Origin: a bacterium
GTDB lineage: Bacteria > Patescibacteriota > Microgenomatia > Daviesbacterales > UBA10151
DNA length: 64,000 bases
Assembly (NCBI GenBank): GCA_021786105.1
Contig: JAJYNW010000015.1
Span: 18,752-82,751 of the forward strand
Reading direction: 5' to 3'
The translations under genes and the position numbers were made by a program. The notes beneath the pieces were generated by a model, which saw only the letters and a program-made list of their open reading frames with translations, did no database searches and was not told the origin of the DNA. Positions 1 through 10,195 of the stretch are shown here, in pieces (positions within the stretch are counted from its first letter, which is position 1; every line of letters starts with the position of its first letter).

Positions 1-1218
1 AAAGTTATTCTCTCTACTCCCAATGCTTTTATTAAAGAAACTTTAAATCAAAAATATCTATCGATTATTGAAGCGAATTTTGAAAAACTGATTGGCAAAA
101 GAGTATCGATTGAATTTATTATCAAAGAAACTGAAGCTACAATAGAGGAGGAGCCAGCGGAAGAAGACTTTTTCCAACCAGTCCAAGCCCCGGTCTCTGT
201 TTTAAACCCCAAGTATACCTTATCCAACTATGTCGTCGGCCCCTCTAATAATGTAGCTTACGCCGCCGCCCAGGCCATTGTCCAAAACCCCGGTACCTCT
301 TACAACCCGCTATTTATTTATGGCGGCACTGGAGTAGGTAAGACTCACTTAATGCTTGGCATCGGCAACGGAATTTTAATCAAAAAACCCCACGCCAAAA
401 TTATCTATGCTCCTTCAGAAAAATTTATGAATGATTATGTAGCAGCTATCCAGACTAATAAAATGAGGGATTTGCGAAACAAATACCGCTCCCCGGATGT
501 ATTGCTGGTAGATGATATTCAATTTTTCTCCGGCCGGGAAGGTACCCAGGAAGAATTTTTCCACACCTTTAATGAATTGATCGGTAAAAACTGCCAAATT
601 GTTTTGACCTCGGATAAATCACCTCACGAAATTGCCAAACTGGAAGATCGGCTTAAATCCCGTTTTGCCGGCGGGTTAATGATCGATATTCAAACCCCTG
701 ACTTTGATACCAGGGTAGCCATTCTGCGCTCAAAGTGTTTGGAGCATAAAGTCAACCTGCCGGAAGAAACTTTGAAAATATTGGCTGCATCTTTTGAAAC
801 CAACATCAGGGAACTGGAAGGACAATTAGTTGGCATCCTACAGCTTCTTCAGGCTCAAAACCTGCCTCCCACTACTGAAAATATCAGCCGGCATTTACAA
901 ACTAAAGCTCCTACCCAAAACGGTTTTAAGGTTGAACCCAAAAAAGTTTTGGAAACCGTCTGTCAGTATTTTAACCTTAACCAAAAAGAGCTAATCGGAT
1001 CAAGGCGGCAAAAGGAATTGGTTCTACCGAGACATATCACTATGTTTATCTTAAGTGAACACTTAAATTTAACTGTGGAAAAAATCGGACAAGTCTTAGG
1101 CGGTCGGGACCATACTACAGTTATGCACGGACGGGACAAAATCAAGAAAATGGTGAATCAGGATAGGGAAGTACAACGGATGTTAATTGAGATTAAACAA
1201 AAGTTGATGGCCGCCTAA
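1..1218 (+). CDS. dnaA: Chromosomal replication initiator DnaA (5' end lies outside the window)
   Basis: Frame 1 is open from base 1. It contains YNPLFIYGGTGVGKTHL (Walker A), LLVDDIQF, QEEFFHTFN and the C-terminal GGRDHTTV motif. Confidence 0.98.
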   Translation, partial: KVILSTPNAFIKETLNQKYLSIIEANFEKLIGKRVSIEFIIKETEATIEEEPAEEDFFQPVQAPVSVLNPKYTLSNYVVGPSNNVAYAAAQAIVQNPGTSYNPLFIYGGTGVGKTHLMLGIGNGILIKKPHAKIIYAPSEKFMNDYVAAIQTNKMRDLRNKYRSPDVLLVDDIQFFSGREGTQEEFFHTFNELIGKNCQIVLTSDKSPHEIAKLEDRLKSRFAGGLMIDIQTPDFDTRVAILRSKCLEHKVNLPEETLKILAASFETNIRELEGQLVGILQLLQAQNLPPTTENISRHLQTKAPTQNGFKVEPKKVLETVCQYFNLNQKELIGSRRQKELVLPRHITMFILSEHLNLTVEKIGQVLGGRDHTTVMHGRDKIKKMVNQDREVQRMLIEIKQKLMAA

Positions 1219-1400
1219 AGTTATCCACCAGGTTTTACCACTTTTCCACAATCTATCCACTGCTAATAAACAAGCCGTAAACACGAAAATTTACCAAAAA
1301 GCGAAGCTAGTTTTCGACTTACCAACATATCCACCAACTATACTAATACTACTAATGTTTAATAAATTATGTAGTATAATCGAACATACCTGTGGATAAC
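1219..1400. promoter_or_regulatory. Replication origin oriC
   Basis: DnaA-box-like 9-mers: TTATCCACC 1221, TTTTCCACA 1242, CTATCCACT 1253, ATATCCACC 1327 and a perfect reverse box TGTGGATAA 1391. A trio-like TACTAATACTACTAAT run (1341-1356) is followed by an AT-rich stretch. Lies between dnaA and dnaN. Confidence 0.85.
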
Positions 1401-1847
1401 TTCAACTGGGCGCTGATTACAGCCTTATTCTTACTTTTAATAATAGCTTATTTAATCGGAAGACTTCATAACAGAAAGTCAGCAGATATACCCACCGACT
1501 TAATTGATCTGTATAAAGGAGTGCAGGATTTACCAGCCCGAGTTTTACAAACCATTCAGGGGTCAATTAATCCCCAAAAGGGTAAGATGGCTGAGCTGCT
1601 AACTTATGCAGAATTACGTTATGATTATGACCGAATTGTGCCGTTGGGTTGGCCAATTGATTTTATTGGTATTAAAAATAATGAACGGATTGACTTTATC
1701 GAGGTTAAGTCCGGTCAATTTCATGTCTTGACAGAAGAGGAAAAACACATTAAAAACCTTATAGCTGCCGGCCGGGTTAATTTTAGGTTAATCAAAGTGA
1801 CTGAAGAAGAAGTTCAAAGGTTCGTTTCTGCTCGGGAAAGGAAATAA
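1392..1847 (+). CDS. Membrane-anchored PD-(D/E)XK endonuclease related to archaeal Holliday junction resolvase (Endonuc_Holl-like)
   Basis: N-terminal hydrophobic helix, then KGKMAE...LGWPIDFI...FIEVKSG motifs. Confidence 0.75.
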   Translation: MDNFNWALITALFLLLIIAYLIGRLHNRKSADIPTDLIDLYKGVQDLPARVLQTIQGSINPQKGKMAELLTYAELRYDYDRIVPLGWPIDFIGIKNNERIDFIEVKSGQFHVLTEEEKHIKNLIAAGRVNFRLIKVTEEEVQRFVSARERK

Positions 1848-1849
1848 TA

Positions 1850-1921
1850 GCTATCAGTCATCAGCTTTCAGCTATCAGATTTAAAAAGTCTGAAGACTGA
1901 CGACTGAAGACTGACGACTGA
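1850..1921. repeat. Heptamer-repeat hairpin
   Basis: GCTATCA GTCATCA GCTTTCA GCTATCA followed by the inverted TGAAGAC TGACGAC TGAAGAC TGACGAC, ending just before the dnaN ATG. Confidence 0.8.
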
Positions 1922-1922
1922 T

Positions 1923-3023
1923 ATGAAATTTACTGTATTACAACAAGACTTACTACCTTCTCTGCAGGCAGCAGCCAGATCAGTAGGTGTCAGGTCCACC
2001 CTGCCGGTTTTAGATAACATCTTACTCTCGGTTGAAAGCAAAAAGTTAAAGATCGCTGCAACCAATTTAGAAGTGGGGGTGATTAAATATATTAACGTGG
2101 AAGAGGAAAGTCCCGGGGAAATTACTGTTCCGGCCAAAACTTTAGTAGAGTTGGTGTCCGGATTAGGACCAGATAAGCTGAGTATAGTAGCAGAGGGTGA
2201 AGTGTTAACGGTTGAGTCCGGCAAACTAAAAGCTTCCATTAATGGTATTTCGGCTGGTGAATTTCCGGTTATTCCTTTATCTTCCGGCTCCGGTGTTGAT
2301 TTTCCCAAAGCAGCCTTTTTAACCTCTTCCCAGATTTTATTTGCCTCAGCAGTTGATGAGGGTCGGCCGGTTCTAACCGGGATTTTCACGGAAGTTAACG
2401 ACGGCAAGCTAGACTTTGTGGCTACTGATGGTTTTAGGTTGGCTCACCGCCGGTTGGAAGTACCTAAAGATCAAGCTCAGTTTAGAAGCTTGATTCCCCG
2501 GCGGACCTTTGAAGAGGTGTTGCGATTGATGTCAGAAGAAGATGTAGATCAGGTTAATATTGCCACTTCCCAAAATCAAAACCAGATTGTCTTTACTTTA
2601 GGTAATACCATTGTCTCGTCTCGCTTGATTGAGGGACAATTCCCGGCCTGGGGTAAGATTATCCCGCAAAAAATTGTAGCCAGAGCCATGGTGGAGAAGG
2701 ATGAACTGTTAAAAGCGATTAAACTGGCCGCTATCTTTGCCAAAAATGAAGCTAATATTGTGGTTCTGACTACCAAAAAAGGTCTCTTGAAATTAGAATC
2801 TCATACCAAAGAAGTTGGCAGCCAGGAAAATGAGATTGAAGGCGAGATTGAGGGTGAGGAGCTAAAGATTGCTTTTAATACCAAATTTCTACTCGATGCT
2901 GTGTCTAACTCTCCTGCCACCAAAGTGATGATGGAATTTTCCGGCCCTTTGTCTGCAGCTATTATTAAACCGGTTGGAGTTGAGGGGTTGGAATATATTG
3001 TGATGCCGGTTAGACTGAGTTAA
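1923..3023 (+). CDS. dnaN: DNA polymerase III beta sliding clamp
   Basis: 366 aa with TLPVLDNILL, ATNLE, RPVLTG, VATDGFRL, SRLIEGQFP and a C-terminal IVMPVR. Confidence 0.98.
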   Translation: MKFTVLQQDLLPSLQAAARSVGVRSTLPVLDNILLSVESKKLKIAATNLEVGVIKYINVEEESPGEITVPAKTLVELVSGLGPDKLSIVAEGEVLTVESGKLKASINGISAGEFPVIPLSSGSGVDFPKAAFLTSSQILFASAVDEGRPVLTGIFTEVNDGKLDFVATDGFRLAHRRLEVPKDQAQFRSLIPRRTFEEVLRLMSEEDVDQVNIATSQNQNQIVFTLGNTIVSSRLIEGQFPAWGKIIPQKIVARAMVEKDELLKAIKLAAIFAKNEANIVVLTTKKGLLKLESHTKEVGSQENEIEGEIEGEELKIAFNTKFLLDAVSNSPATKVMMEFSGPLSAAIIKPVGVEGLEYIVMPVRLS

Positions 3024-3030
3024 TTCCTTT

Positions 3031-3102
3031 TTGTCATCCTGAGGCGATTAGCCGAAGGATCTCAAGACTAATCTAGATTCTTCGCTTCGCTCAGAATGAC
3101 AA
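3031..3102. repeat. Palindromic REP/MITE-like element, probably also a bidirectional terminator
   Basis: TTGTCATCCTGAG...CGAAGGATCT...AGATTCTTCG...CTCAGAATGACAA inverted repeat between convergent genes; related copies at 33503 and 34539. Confidence 0.8.
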
Positions 3103-3104
3103 TT

Positions 3105-3563
3105 CTAAACACCCGTATACTTAATCGTCCTGAAATGGAAGATTTTCTCTTCTCCCCATCTGCCTACTCCGTCAAATTTGGTATCTGGGCCAATAAATAA
3201 GGTAAAGGTGGTGCCCAGCGGGTAGGGTTTGGCTGGAATAATCCTGGCGGTTTTTCGGTCCCCGGAAAGCTCGACTTTGTAACCTATCTCCGGTTCCATC
3301 CGGCTCTTAAATTCCCCCACATTTTCCAGTGATCGGTTAAAGGTAATTTCGACAACATCGGTAGCTCCCACGATATTATCTTCCAAAGGATCAGGTTTGG
3401 TGGAAATAATCTGCGGTTTGTCGTTTTCAGAAACCTGAATAGGTTTTTTATCCGAGGAGCTTGTAGTGGGTTTACTGGAAATTCCTTTCAGAAAGATTAT
3501 TACCAGTATAATCCCTATAATCACTATCCCAGTAATAATTTTTTGTTTTGAAGTTTTCAGCAT
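3105..3563 (-). CDS. Membrane-anchored Ig-like (Big_5/SbsA-like) domain protein
   Basis: N-terminal TM helix, then ISTKPDP...EITFNRSL...IIPAKP...GTTFTL...FHFRT. Start chosen at MLKTSK. Confidence 0.65.
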   Translation of the reverse strand: MLKTSKQKIITGIVIIGIILVIIFLKGISSKPTTSSSDKKPIQVSENDKPQIISTKPDPLEDNIVGATDVVEITFNRSLENVGEFKSRMEPEIGYKVELSGDRKTARIIPAKPYPLGTTFTLFIGPDTKFDGVGRWGEEKIFHFRTIKYTGV

Positions 3564-3567
3564 ATTC

Positions 3568-4056
3568 TTATTTATAAATAGTATCAATTTCCATATATTG
3601 TTTATCAATATTTTGCTCTGCCAAAAATTGGTTAAACTCTTGTTGTCCTTGATCCGGGTTATCCTTATTTAGCTCTAATGTAAACAAATTGTTCTTTATA
3701 TTATAAGTTAAAGTAAAGTTTGTCCCTTTGTAAGGGAGCTTTAAGAGTAATTGACTAATTCTTTGCCTTTTTGCCAAATAAACATCTTGATTAGCCTGGT
3801 CTTGTCGGTATTTTTGTACTAGGGCCGGATCAGTATTTGGCCCGACTCCATTAGATGCCCCCTCAGGCATGATTGTTGGATGAGGCGTAAATGGAATATT
3901 TGGTTTTGAGCTTGGAGACGGAGCGGTTAAGACGGGAGGTGGAGCAGGAGGGAGTCTTTTCGTATTTGAGAGAATAAAAAGGGTTGCGGCTAGGGTAAAA
4001 ATTAGGGCTATAAGGATAAAAATAGTTATTTTTTTGCCGATACCCAGAAAGTTCAT
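3568..4056 (-). CDS. Hypothetical membrane-anchored protein with Pro-rich linker
   Basis: 162-aa ORF with an N-terminal TM helix, tightly packed in the operon. Confidence 0.7.
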   Translation of the reverse strand: MNFLGIGKKITIFILIALIFTLAATLFILSNTKRLPPAPPPVLTAPSPSSKPNIPFTPHPTIMPEGASNGVGPNTDPALVQKYRQDQANQDVYLAKRQRISQLLLKLPYKGTNFTLTYNIKNNLFTLELNKDNPDQGQQEFNQFLAEQNIDKQYMEIDTIYK

Positions 4057-4057
4057 T

Positions 4058-6478
4058 TTAATTACCTTTCCTTTTTATAGCTGCTGCAAAAAACCATGGG
4101 TGCGATTTATTATACTCTACACTATCAGGAATTAAGCTAATTAGTTTATTGCTAATCCATTGATTGGAATCATATTGGGAAGTATGTTCTGGTCGGCAAT
4201 TTACAGGGTCCTCAACATGGACAAGGTTTTGATTGATGTTAACATCGTCAATGGCAAAGATATGATCAACAACGCCTTGCTTAAGAGATCCGGGTCCGCA
4301 ACCGCCGGGGTTCGGGCAGGGAAATTGATGAGAAGAGGCCACAATTAAATAGCCATTGTCTAAATATTCTTTTGCTTGGGTTAAATTAAGACTGCCGTCA
4401 GCATTTAATGCCAGATATTGGTAAGTGAAATTATCGTTAAACCAGGTACTATTGCTAAAGAACAAACTCATGGTACTGCCGTAATTGCCGCAAGACCGGG
4501 CACCGGTATCTCTAAACATTTGGTCTATTTCTACCGGGGTTTTAACCAGACCAAGGCTGGAAACAACAATAGCCGTTGAGCTTGGGCCACAGCCGTAATA
4601 ATTAATACTGCAAGCATACTGCCAGGCCGGGTCGTCTTCACAGTAAAATTTGATATTTGGTTTTCCTCCGGGTAGAGGATTAGAGGAGGATTGACAGCTG
4701 TTGTAGCTTTTCCACAGGTCATCGCCATAATCGTAGGGGCCGCTGACGCAAGGATTATAATTCGGATCCTGCTTCTTTTTAGCAGTAATTGCCTCAGGTG
4801 TATCATATTTAGTACAGTTTGAAGGATCAGTGAGTCTTGCCCCGCTATAGTACATCGAAGCGATATCTCGGACAGTATTTTCGTTCCAGTCACCCGGCAG
4901 TTTATCAGTTTTAATTTTTAAAGCGGCCGCAGTGATTGAGTCGCGGATGCTATAGATTCTAAAGACATTTGCGGGAGCCATCGAGTTTTGCGGGTCAACA
5001 GTGTTTTTAACAGAGGTCTTATTAAATAAAGTTTTCAGGTCAGAAGAATAGCTGTTAAAGATATTGGTAAATGTCCCGGGCATAAATTGCATAATTCCAA
5101 TAGCTCCTTCTTCACTGCTTTTTGCTTCATAATCATTAGTTAAATAGTCAGCGGTTGAGCTAAAAGCGCTGGGAGATTCGACTCTCATGATTCCAGCCAA
5201 AATTGCTGCAGGAACGCCAACTTTATCGGATATATCAGTGAACAACCCAGCCATGGCTGGGTTGTTTAATTTCATTCCAGCATTAGCTCCATCTCCTCCC
5301 CTGTAAAAAGTACAAGAGGTGATATCTCCACCTCCTGGTGAGGGAGCTATTGGTATAACTCCGGTTGGGTTATTGCCGCCGATTATGGTTAATCCTCCTA
5401 CCAGCATCATAAAACCCAGTATGCCAAACAAAAACAGCAGCCACTTTTTGCTTTTGACGTTTTTACCAAATGAGGATACTGTCTGTCTGCCGCCTCTGCC
5501 GAATCGGTTAAATTTCCCAAAGATGCTTCTGCTGCCTCCGCCAAATCCGCCCGGATTGGCAATAGTGGTCAGGTTGCTGACTAGTCCGGTGCCCATCCGT
5601 CCTAAAAATGGGTTAGCGCTTTCCAGTCCGGTTTTGGCTGCTCCAAATATTCCCCGGCCGATTCTGCCTAAATTTTTCTTGGCAAATATCTGCGTATTTG
5701 ATCCAAAAGTTTTAAGGAAACTGGGGGTTTTGATGGTGTGTTCTCCAAAAACTCTGCCATCGCTTCTGGCTACGGCTATCTTTGATGGAGGTGTTTTTGT
5801 CTCAATAATTGATCCGTTTTCTCGGGCCAGGATCAATTTTGGTGTTTCCGGGCCCGGACCTTTGGGAAGATTGGGTTGGCTTAGGGGGTGCTCCGTAACT
5901 GTCCCGGCTTTATTTTCAGTAAACAAAGTTGAGCCGGGTTTTTCGGCAATTTTCCCTTCGCTGGTGGCCAGTGCTATTTTGGGGGTTTGGGGTTGAGGGG
6001 TGGGTTGGTTAACAAACACCACACGGCCTGGTCTGGGAGAAATGACTGGACCGGACGGTAAACCCATACCCGGCATGCCGCCGGCAGTAGCACCGGGCGT
6101 GGTTTGGGGGGCGTTGGCTGGAGTTTGTTCCGGCGTAATTTCATATTTGTCTGCTTGTTCGACGGCCTCACCATCAATAACAAATCTACCTTCCAGCGCC
6201 TGATTTAATTCAGCTCCTTCGTTGGCCACAAACTTACCTAAAATGCTGTTTTTGACATTTTTATAATCTTTTAAATGCTCAATTAGTGCTTCGTCTTTGA
6301 GTCCTTTTAGGGTCGGGTCTTTTGCGCGCAGCAAATTAAAACACTCTGCCCGATCCACAGTAAACCGCTGCCCTTTAATTGTGACGGTTCCTTTAGGGGG
6401 GATATTTTCCGCATGAAAGTGAGCTTTAGTCAGGACAAAGATAAAGACTTTTAGTTTGTCAAAATCTGAATATGCCAT
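4058..6478 (-). CDS. Membrane-bound cell-wall hydrolase with lytic transglycosylase (SLT) and C39-like cysteine peptidase domains (VirB1-like)
   Basis: TM helix near aa 345-365. SLT motifs IMRVES and GAIGIMQFMPGTF. Peptidase motifs GCGPSSTAIV, HIFAID and EDP. Confidence 0.75.
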   Translation of the reverse strand: MAYSDFDKLKVFIFVLTKAHFHAENIPPKGTVTIKGQRFTVDRAECFNLLRAKDPTLKGLKDEALIEHLKDYKNVKNSILGKFVANEGAELNQALEGRFVIDGEAVEQADKYEITPEQTPANAPQTTPGATAGGMPGMGLPSGPVISPRPGRVVFVNQPTPQPQTPKIALATSEGKIAEKPGSTLFTENKAGTVTEHPLSQPNLPKGPGPETPKLILARENGSIIETKTPPSKIAVARSDGRVFGEHTIKTPSFLKTFGSNTQIFAKKNLGRIGRGIFGAAKTGLESANPFLGRMGTGLVSNLTTIANPGGFGGGSRSIFGKFNRFGRGGRQTVSSFGKNVKSKKWLLFLFGILGFMMLVGGLTIIGGNNPTGVIPIAPSPGGGDITSCTFYRGGDGANAGMKLNNPAMAGLFTDISDKVGVPAAILAGIMRVESPSAFSSTADYLTNDYEAKSSEEGAIGIMQFMPGTFTNIFNSYSSDLKTLFNKTSVKNTVDPQNSMAPANVFRIYSIRDSITAAALKIKTDKLPGDWNENTVRDIASMYYSGARLTDPSNCTKYDTPEAITAKKKQDPNYNPCVSGPYDYGDDLWKSYNSCQSSSNPLPGGKPNIKFYCEDDPAWQYACSINYYGCGPSSTAIVVSSLGLVKTPVEIDQMFRDTGARSCGNYGSTMSLFFSNSTWFNDNFTYQYLALNADGSLNLTQAKEYLDNGYLIVASSHQFPCPNPGGCGPGSLKQGVVDHIFAIDDVNINQNLVHVEDPVNCRPEHTSQYDSNQWISNKLISLIPDSVEYNKSHPWFFAAAIKRKGN

Positions 6479-6481
6479 AAA

Positions 6482-8245
6482 TTATTTTCCGTTTTGTTTT
6501 GCCAAAATTTCCTCCGGGTTGGTAGTAATTAGCTGATGTTCCTGCGGGGAGGCCACCACCCGCATGGCCACATGAGTGTTGCCGGCAAAAAATATACCCT
6601 CGCCGATCCCCTCTGATAACAGCAGTCTTTGCTCCCCTTCTGACAGGTTGAAAACATGAGCCAGCAATTCGATGGAGGAAGGGGCTTGTTTTAAAAGGAT
6701 TTGAATGGATGAATTAGAGATAATTTCTTTGCCTCTTTCAGTGGCCAGGAAATCTTCAATGTCTTGAGTGATGGTGGTGAGTCCTAAATAGTATTTGCGG
6801 GCCCGCTTGGCCATATCCACCAAAAAGTCCGCTGAATCCTGGTTGCGCATCAAATACCAGGCTTCATCCACAATCAGAATTCTTCGTTTCAATTTGCCAC
6901 GGATTTTGGTCCAAATATAATCTAAGATCATGTGGATGGCCAGGGGCCTGAGTTGATCCGGTAGGTCGCGGACAGAAAAGACCGTAAAGGAGTTGGACAG
7001 GTCAACATTCGATTGCGAGGAGAAGATGCCGGCTAACGATCCTTTGATAAATCTTTCCAGTCGGGCGGCCAGTTCGGCTGCGGCTGGTTCTTCCATACCG
7101 AGTAGAACTTTATATAAATCTTCCATTAAGGGTGGCACTCTATTCTGAGTTTTTGGATCATCGGTAATACCCTTGAGCTGGTAAGTTTGTTTGAGGCTGC
7201 GGTCTAAAATGGCCGCTTCTTGGGCATTTAAGTTGCCTAAAACAATTTTCAAAAATGTTGTTAAAGACAAAATTTTCCGGCCTAGTTCATTTTCGCCTTC
7301 ACTCAGCTCCCCTGACATATCAAAAGGGTTAATCTTGACCGGGCTGGCAGCGGAAAAATTGATGTATTCTCCGCCTACGGCTTGAGATAACGGGAGGTAT
7401 TCCTGTTCGGGATCAATGACAATAATTTCTGCCCCAAACATTAATGATCTTAAGGCTTCCAGTTTTACCAAATAAGATTTACCGGCGCCGGCTTTGGCAA
7501 ATATCACCGAATTGGCATTTTCTAAAGAGAAGCGGTCGAATAAAATCAGCGAGCCGTTGTGCTCATTAATACCATACATGATTCCTTCGTTAGCTGTTAG
7601 TTCTGATGAGGCAAATGGGAAAGTGGTAGCCAGCGAGGTGGTATCCATATTATGAGTAAGATTTAACAGATCAGTTCCTTGGGGTAAGGTCGACTTAAAC
7701 CCGTCCTCCATTTGTAAAGTGGTTTGCCGGGCGGTGATAGATAATGAAGCTAGGGTGGACTCTACCAGTTTGGAGGTGTTTTGCAGTTCTTCCAAAGATT
7801 GGGCCGGAACAGTGACATAAAGGGCAAACTGGAAGAACCGCTCTACTCCCCTAACCAGCTGGTCTTGTAAAGTCCGGGCATCTTCTAGGGCTACCTCCAC
7901 CGCCGGATCAACCGGCCGGCCGCGCTCCAAATCTGTTTGGATGGTGGCTTCCATTTCCGCCACTTTGCGTTTTAGTTCATCCAAAACCCCTTGTGATTTG
8001 GAAGGGTAGATAAACATGGAGATTAGCAGAGAATGATCAAAAGAAATGAGCGGTTCCAGCCAGTTGGGTTCAACAAATCTGGGGTAATCGGATACGAAGT
8101 AAGTTCGGAAGAAGCGGTGATCCAGCCGCAAGTTGCTAAAATCCACCTCAATTTCTGCCGGAGCCAAAACATCTTCTAAGGTTAGTTGAGGAATAGTTGG
8201 TTCGTCTTTGATTTTTGGCTTGTTTGACAGACTTGGTAGTTTCAT
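6482..8245 (-). CDS. virB4: VirB4/TraE-like conjugation ATPase
   Basis: Walker A-like AKAGAGKS, IVIDPEQEY, INPFD, ILIVDEAW and ARKYYLGLTTITQD. Confidence 0.9.
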   Translation of the reverse strand: MKLPSLSNKPKIKDEPTIPQLTLEDVLAPAEIEVDFSNLRLDHRFFRTYFVSDYPRFVEPNWLEPLISFDHSLLISMFIYPSKSQGVLDELKRKVAEMEATIQTDLERGRPVDPAVEVALEDARTLQDQLVRGVERFFQFALYVTVPAQSLEELQNTSKLVESTLASLSITARQTTLQMEDGFKSTLPQGTDLLNLTHNMDTTSLATTFPFASSELTANEGIMYGINEHNGSLILFDRFSLENANSVIFAKAGAGKSYLVKLEALRSLMFGAEIIVIDPEQEYLPLSQAVGGEYINFSAASPVKINPFDMSGELSEGENELGRKILSLTTFLKIVLGNLNAQEAAILDRSLKQTYQLKGITDDPKTQNRVPPLMEDLYKVLLGMEEPAAAELAARLERFIKGSLAGIFSSQSNVDLSNSFTVFSVRDLPDQLRPLAIHMILDYIWTKIRGKLKRRILIVDEAWYLMRNQDSADFLVDMAKRARKYYLGLTTITQDIEDFLATERGKEIISNSSIQILLKQAPSSIELLAHVFNLSEGEQRLLLSEGIGEGIFFAGNTHVAMRVVASPQEHQLITTNPEEILAKQNGK

Positions 8246-9057
8246 TCAGTTAATTCCTCTACTACAAACGGATGAGTTCTGGTGCTTTGGGTTATAGTTG
8301 GCGTGCCGGGTGAGACTGGTGCGCCCGGTGGATAGGTCGGAGTATCAGCGATCTGGTTGGTGGACTGGCTTATTGGTGAACTGGTTGGCTGACTTACTGA
8401 AATTGGTTGCGGATTTTTCAGTCTAACCGCTAATTGTTCTGGACTGACCGGTTGGGTAATTGATTGTTCTAAAGCTTCTCCATTATATACTTCCTTCGGA
8501 AGACTGTAATTCTCCGAATTATAAATATCATAGAAGATCTCAATCAGTTCCCGTCTGGATAACTGGTCAGCGTTTAGCCCTACCCGGGCCAATTGTCTGA
8601 TGATTTGGTCTCTGCGGGGCCAAAGCACGGTTTTAATTTTCTGTTCCAGTCTTTCTTTTGAGGCGGTAATGCCCAATTCTAAGGCAAAAAGCGGGATGAC
8701 AATATAAAATTTTTTATCCAGCACTTCGTTTTCCTTAATGGTGCTTTGGATGAATTGTTTATACTGGGTGATCATTTGCGATAGTAAGGGATTAGTTTGT
8801 GCTTTTTTGGCTTTATCCAAAAGTTCTAAGTATGAAGTAATATGAAGTCTTTCCGAATGTATCATGATTTGAATGCTAAAAGACAAGGAATTGAGCATTT
8901 GGGCAAAAGAGGAAATAATCGCTACCTGTTCTCTCTCTGAAAGCAGGCCAAAGTTGACAGCTGAAACTTGTAGGACCAGCGCCCCTCCGCCGTCTTTTAG
9001 CAGCAGGATATCGTCCTGGATGTCAGCGATAGATAAATGAGATTGTGTCGTATACAT
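8242..9057 (-). CDS. T4SS accessory protein (TraC/VirB4 N-terminal-like)
   Basis: TTQSHL.IADIQDDILLLKDG...VNFGLLSEREQ...LNSLSF pattern; overlaps the virB4 start. Confidence 0.7.
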   Translation of the reverse strand: MYTTQSHLSIADIQDDILLLKDGGGALVLQVSAVNFGLLSEREQVAIISSFAQMLNSLSFSIQIMIHSERLHITSYLELLDKAKKAQTNPLLSQMITQYKQFIQSTIKENEVLDKKFYIVIPLFALELGITASKERLEQKIKTVLWPRRDQIIRQLARVGLNADQLSRRELIEIFYDIYNSENYSLPKEVYNGEALEQSITQPVSPEQLAVRLKNPQPISVSQPTSSPISQSTNQIADTPTYPPGAPVSPGTPTITQSTRTHPFVVEELTE

Positions 9058-9066
9058 CTTTGAGCT

Positions 9067-10116
9067 TTACTCCTTTGCTGCTATTAACAAAGGAGGTAAT
9101 ACTTGACCAGTTAATTCCATCTGTAAGACATCAAAAGTCAGGCCCTCCTTTTCCAGCTCTAAAGTATAAGTCCCATTCGGTAAGGGGGTGGAGCCGGTAA
9201 ATTGGCCCAGCTTATTGGTTTTTAAGGCTCTGACCGGCAGGCCCTCCTTATCGTAGATGACTGCTACTACCCCTTCCAGGTAATCGTTCTCTTTGTTTTT
9301 TACAATCCCATTGATCACATTAGGAAAGGTGGTGAGGGCGATTTGGGTTTGTTTGGGTTTTGCCGGAATGACCACTTTAACTTTCTCTTTTAGAATGACT
9401 GGGGGAGGCGGAGAGGCAGATTCTGGTTGCGGTTCTGCGGTAACCGACTGGATTTCCTGTTTGATGGTTGAGGCCTGACTAACCAAGCTTTGCAGGTCAT
9501 CCAGGATTTTATTGACTTGTTGACCGTAATCTACCGGTACAGGGGTAGGCTTTTGGGCGGCTGTTTTAATTTGGGATAAAGTCCGTTCAGTTTGGATAAT
9601 TTTCATTTGTAATTGCTGGGCCTGACGCGCCAGATTAACTGTTTTGCTTAGCTCTTCTTGGGTAGGAAGTTCAGCTGGCGTACCGGCGGGTCGAGGGGTC
9701 TGCGCTTCGGCAATTTGGTTAGGTGCTGGTTTACTGGTTTGCTGATTGATTGGATCCTGATTTGCGTTATTTAAGTACATCATTAGACGGTTGTTGAATG
9801 AAGGATTTTCTTTAAAACTTTTGCCGTTTTTCCGCCAAACTCTGACGGTGGGGGAATAAACAGCTTTCAAAAAAGCTGCCAGCCAATAATCCAAAGGCCG
9901 TGATCCGACCGGTAAAAAAGCAAAACTGATTCCTAAAATTGCCGAACAGATAATGATCGGCCAGGCGATTAAAGGGAAGCTGTGTGCAAAGAATATAAAC
10001 ATAAGGTAGGAAACAGTAGCTCCGCCCGCCAGATAGCCAAATTGTTTGAGGGTCATATCCCCAATTAGCTTAAACTGGAAGGAGGTGACATTTTGCGGAA
10101 TCGGGTGGACATCCAT
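9067..10116 (-). CDS. PrgI-family (VirB3-like) membrane protein with C-terminal beta-sandwich
   Basis: HPIPQNVTSFQFKLIGDMTLKQF, two TM helices, RPLDYW, a coiled coil and TNKLGQF...LPNGTY. Confidence 0.8.
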   Translation of the reverse strand: MDVHPIPQNVTSFQFKLIGDMTLKQFGYLAGGATVSYLMFIFFAHSFPLIAWPIIICSAILGISFAFLPVGSRPLDYWLAAFLKAVYSPTVRVWRKNGKSFKENPSFNNRLMMYLNNANQDPINQQTSKPAPNQIAEAQTPRPAGTPAELPTQEELSKTVNLARQAQQLQMKIIQTERTLSQIKTAAQKPTPVPVDYGQQVNKILDDLQSLVSQASTIKQEIQSVTAEPQPESASPPPPVILKEKVKVVIPAKPKQTQIALTTFPNVINGIVKNKENDYLEGVVAVIYDKEGLPVRALKTNKLGQFTGSTPLPNGTYTLELEKEGLTFDVLQMELTGQVLPPLLIAAKE

Positions 10117-10195
10117 ATTAGGTACTATCTATATACCTCGTGAAAAAAATGATGGCAAGAAGTTCAAAAGAGATCATTTGAGAGCAATCCATACT

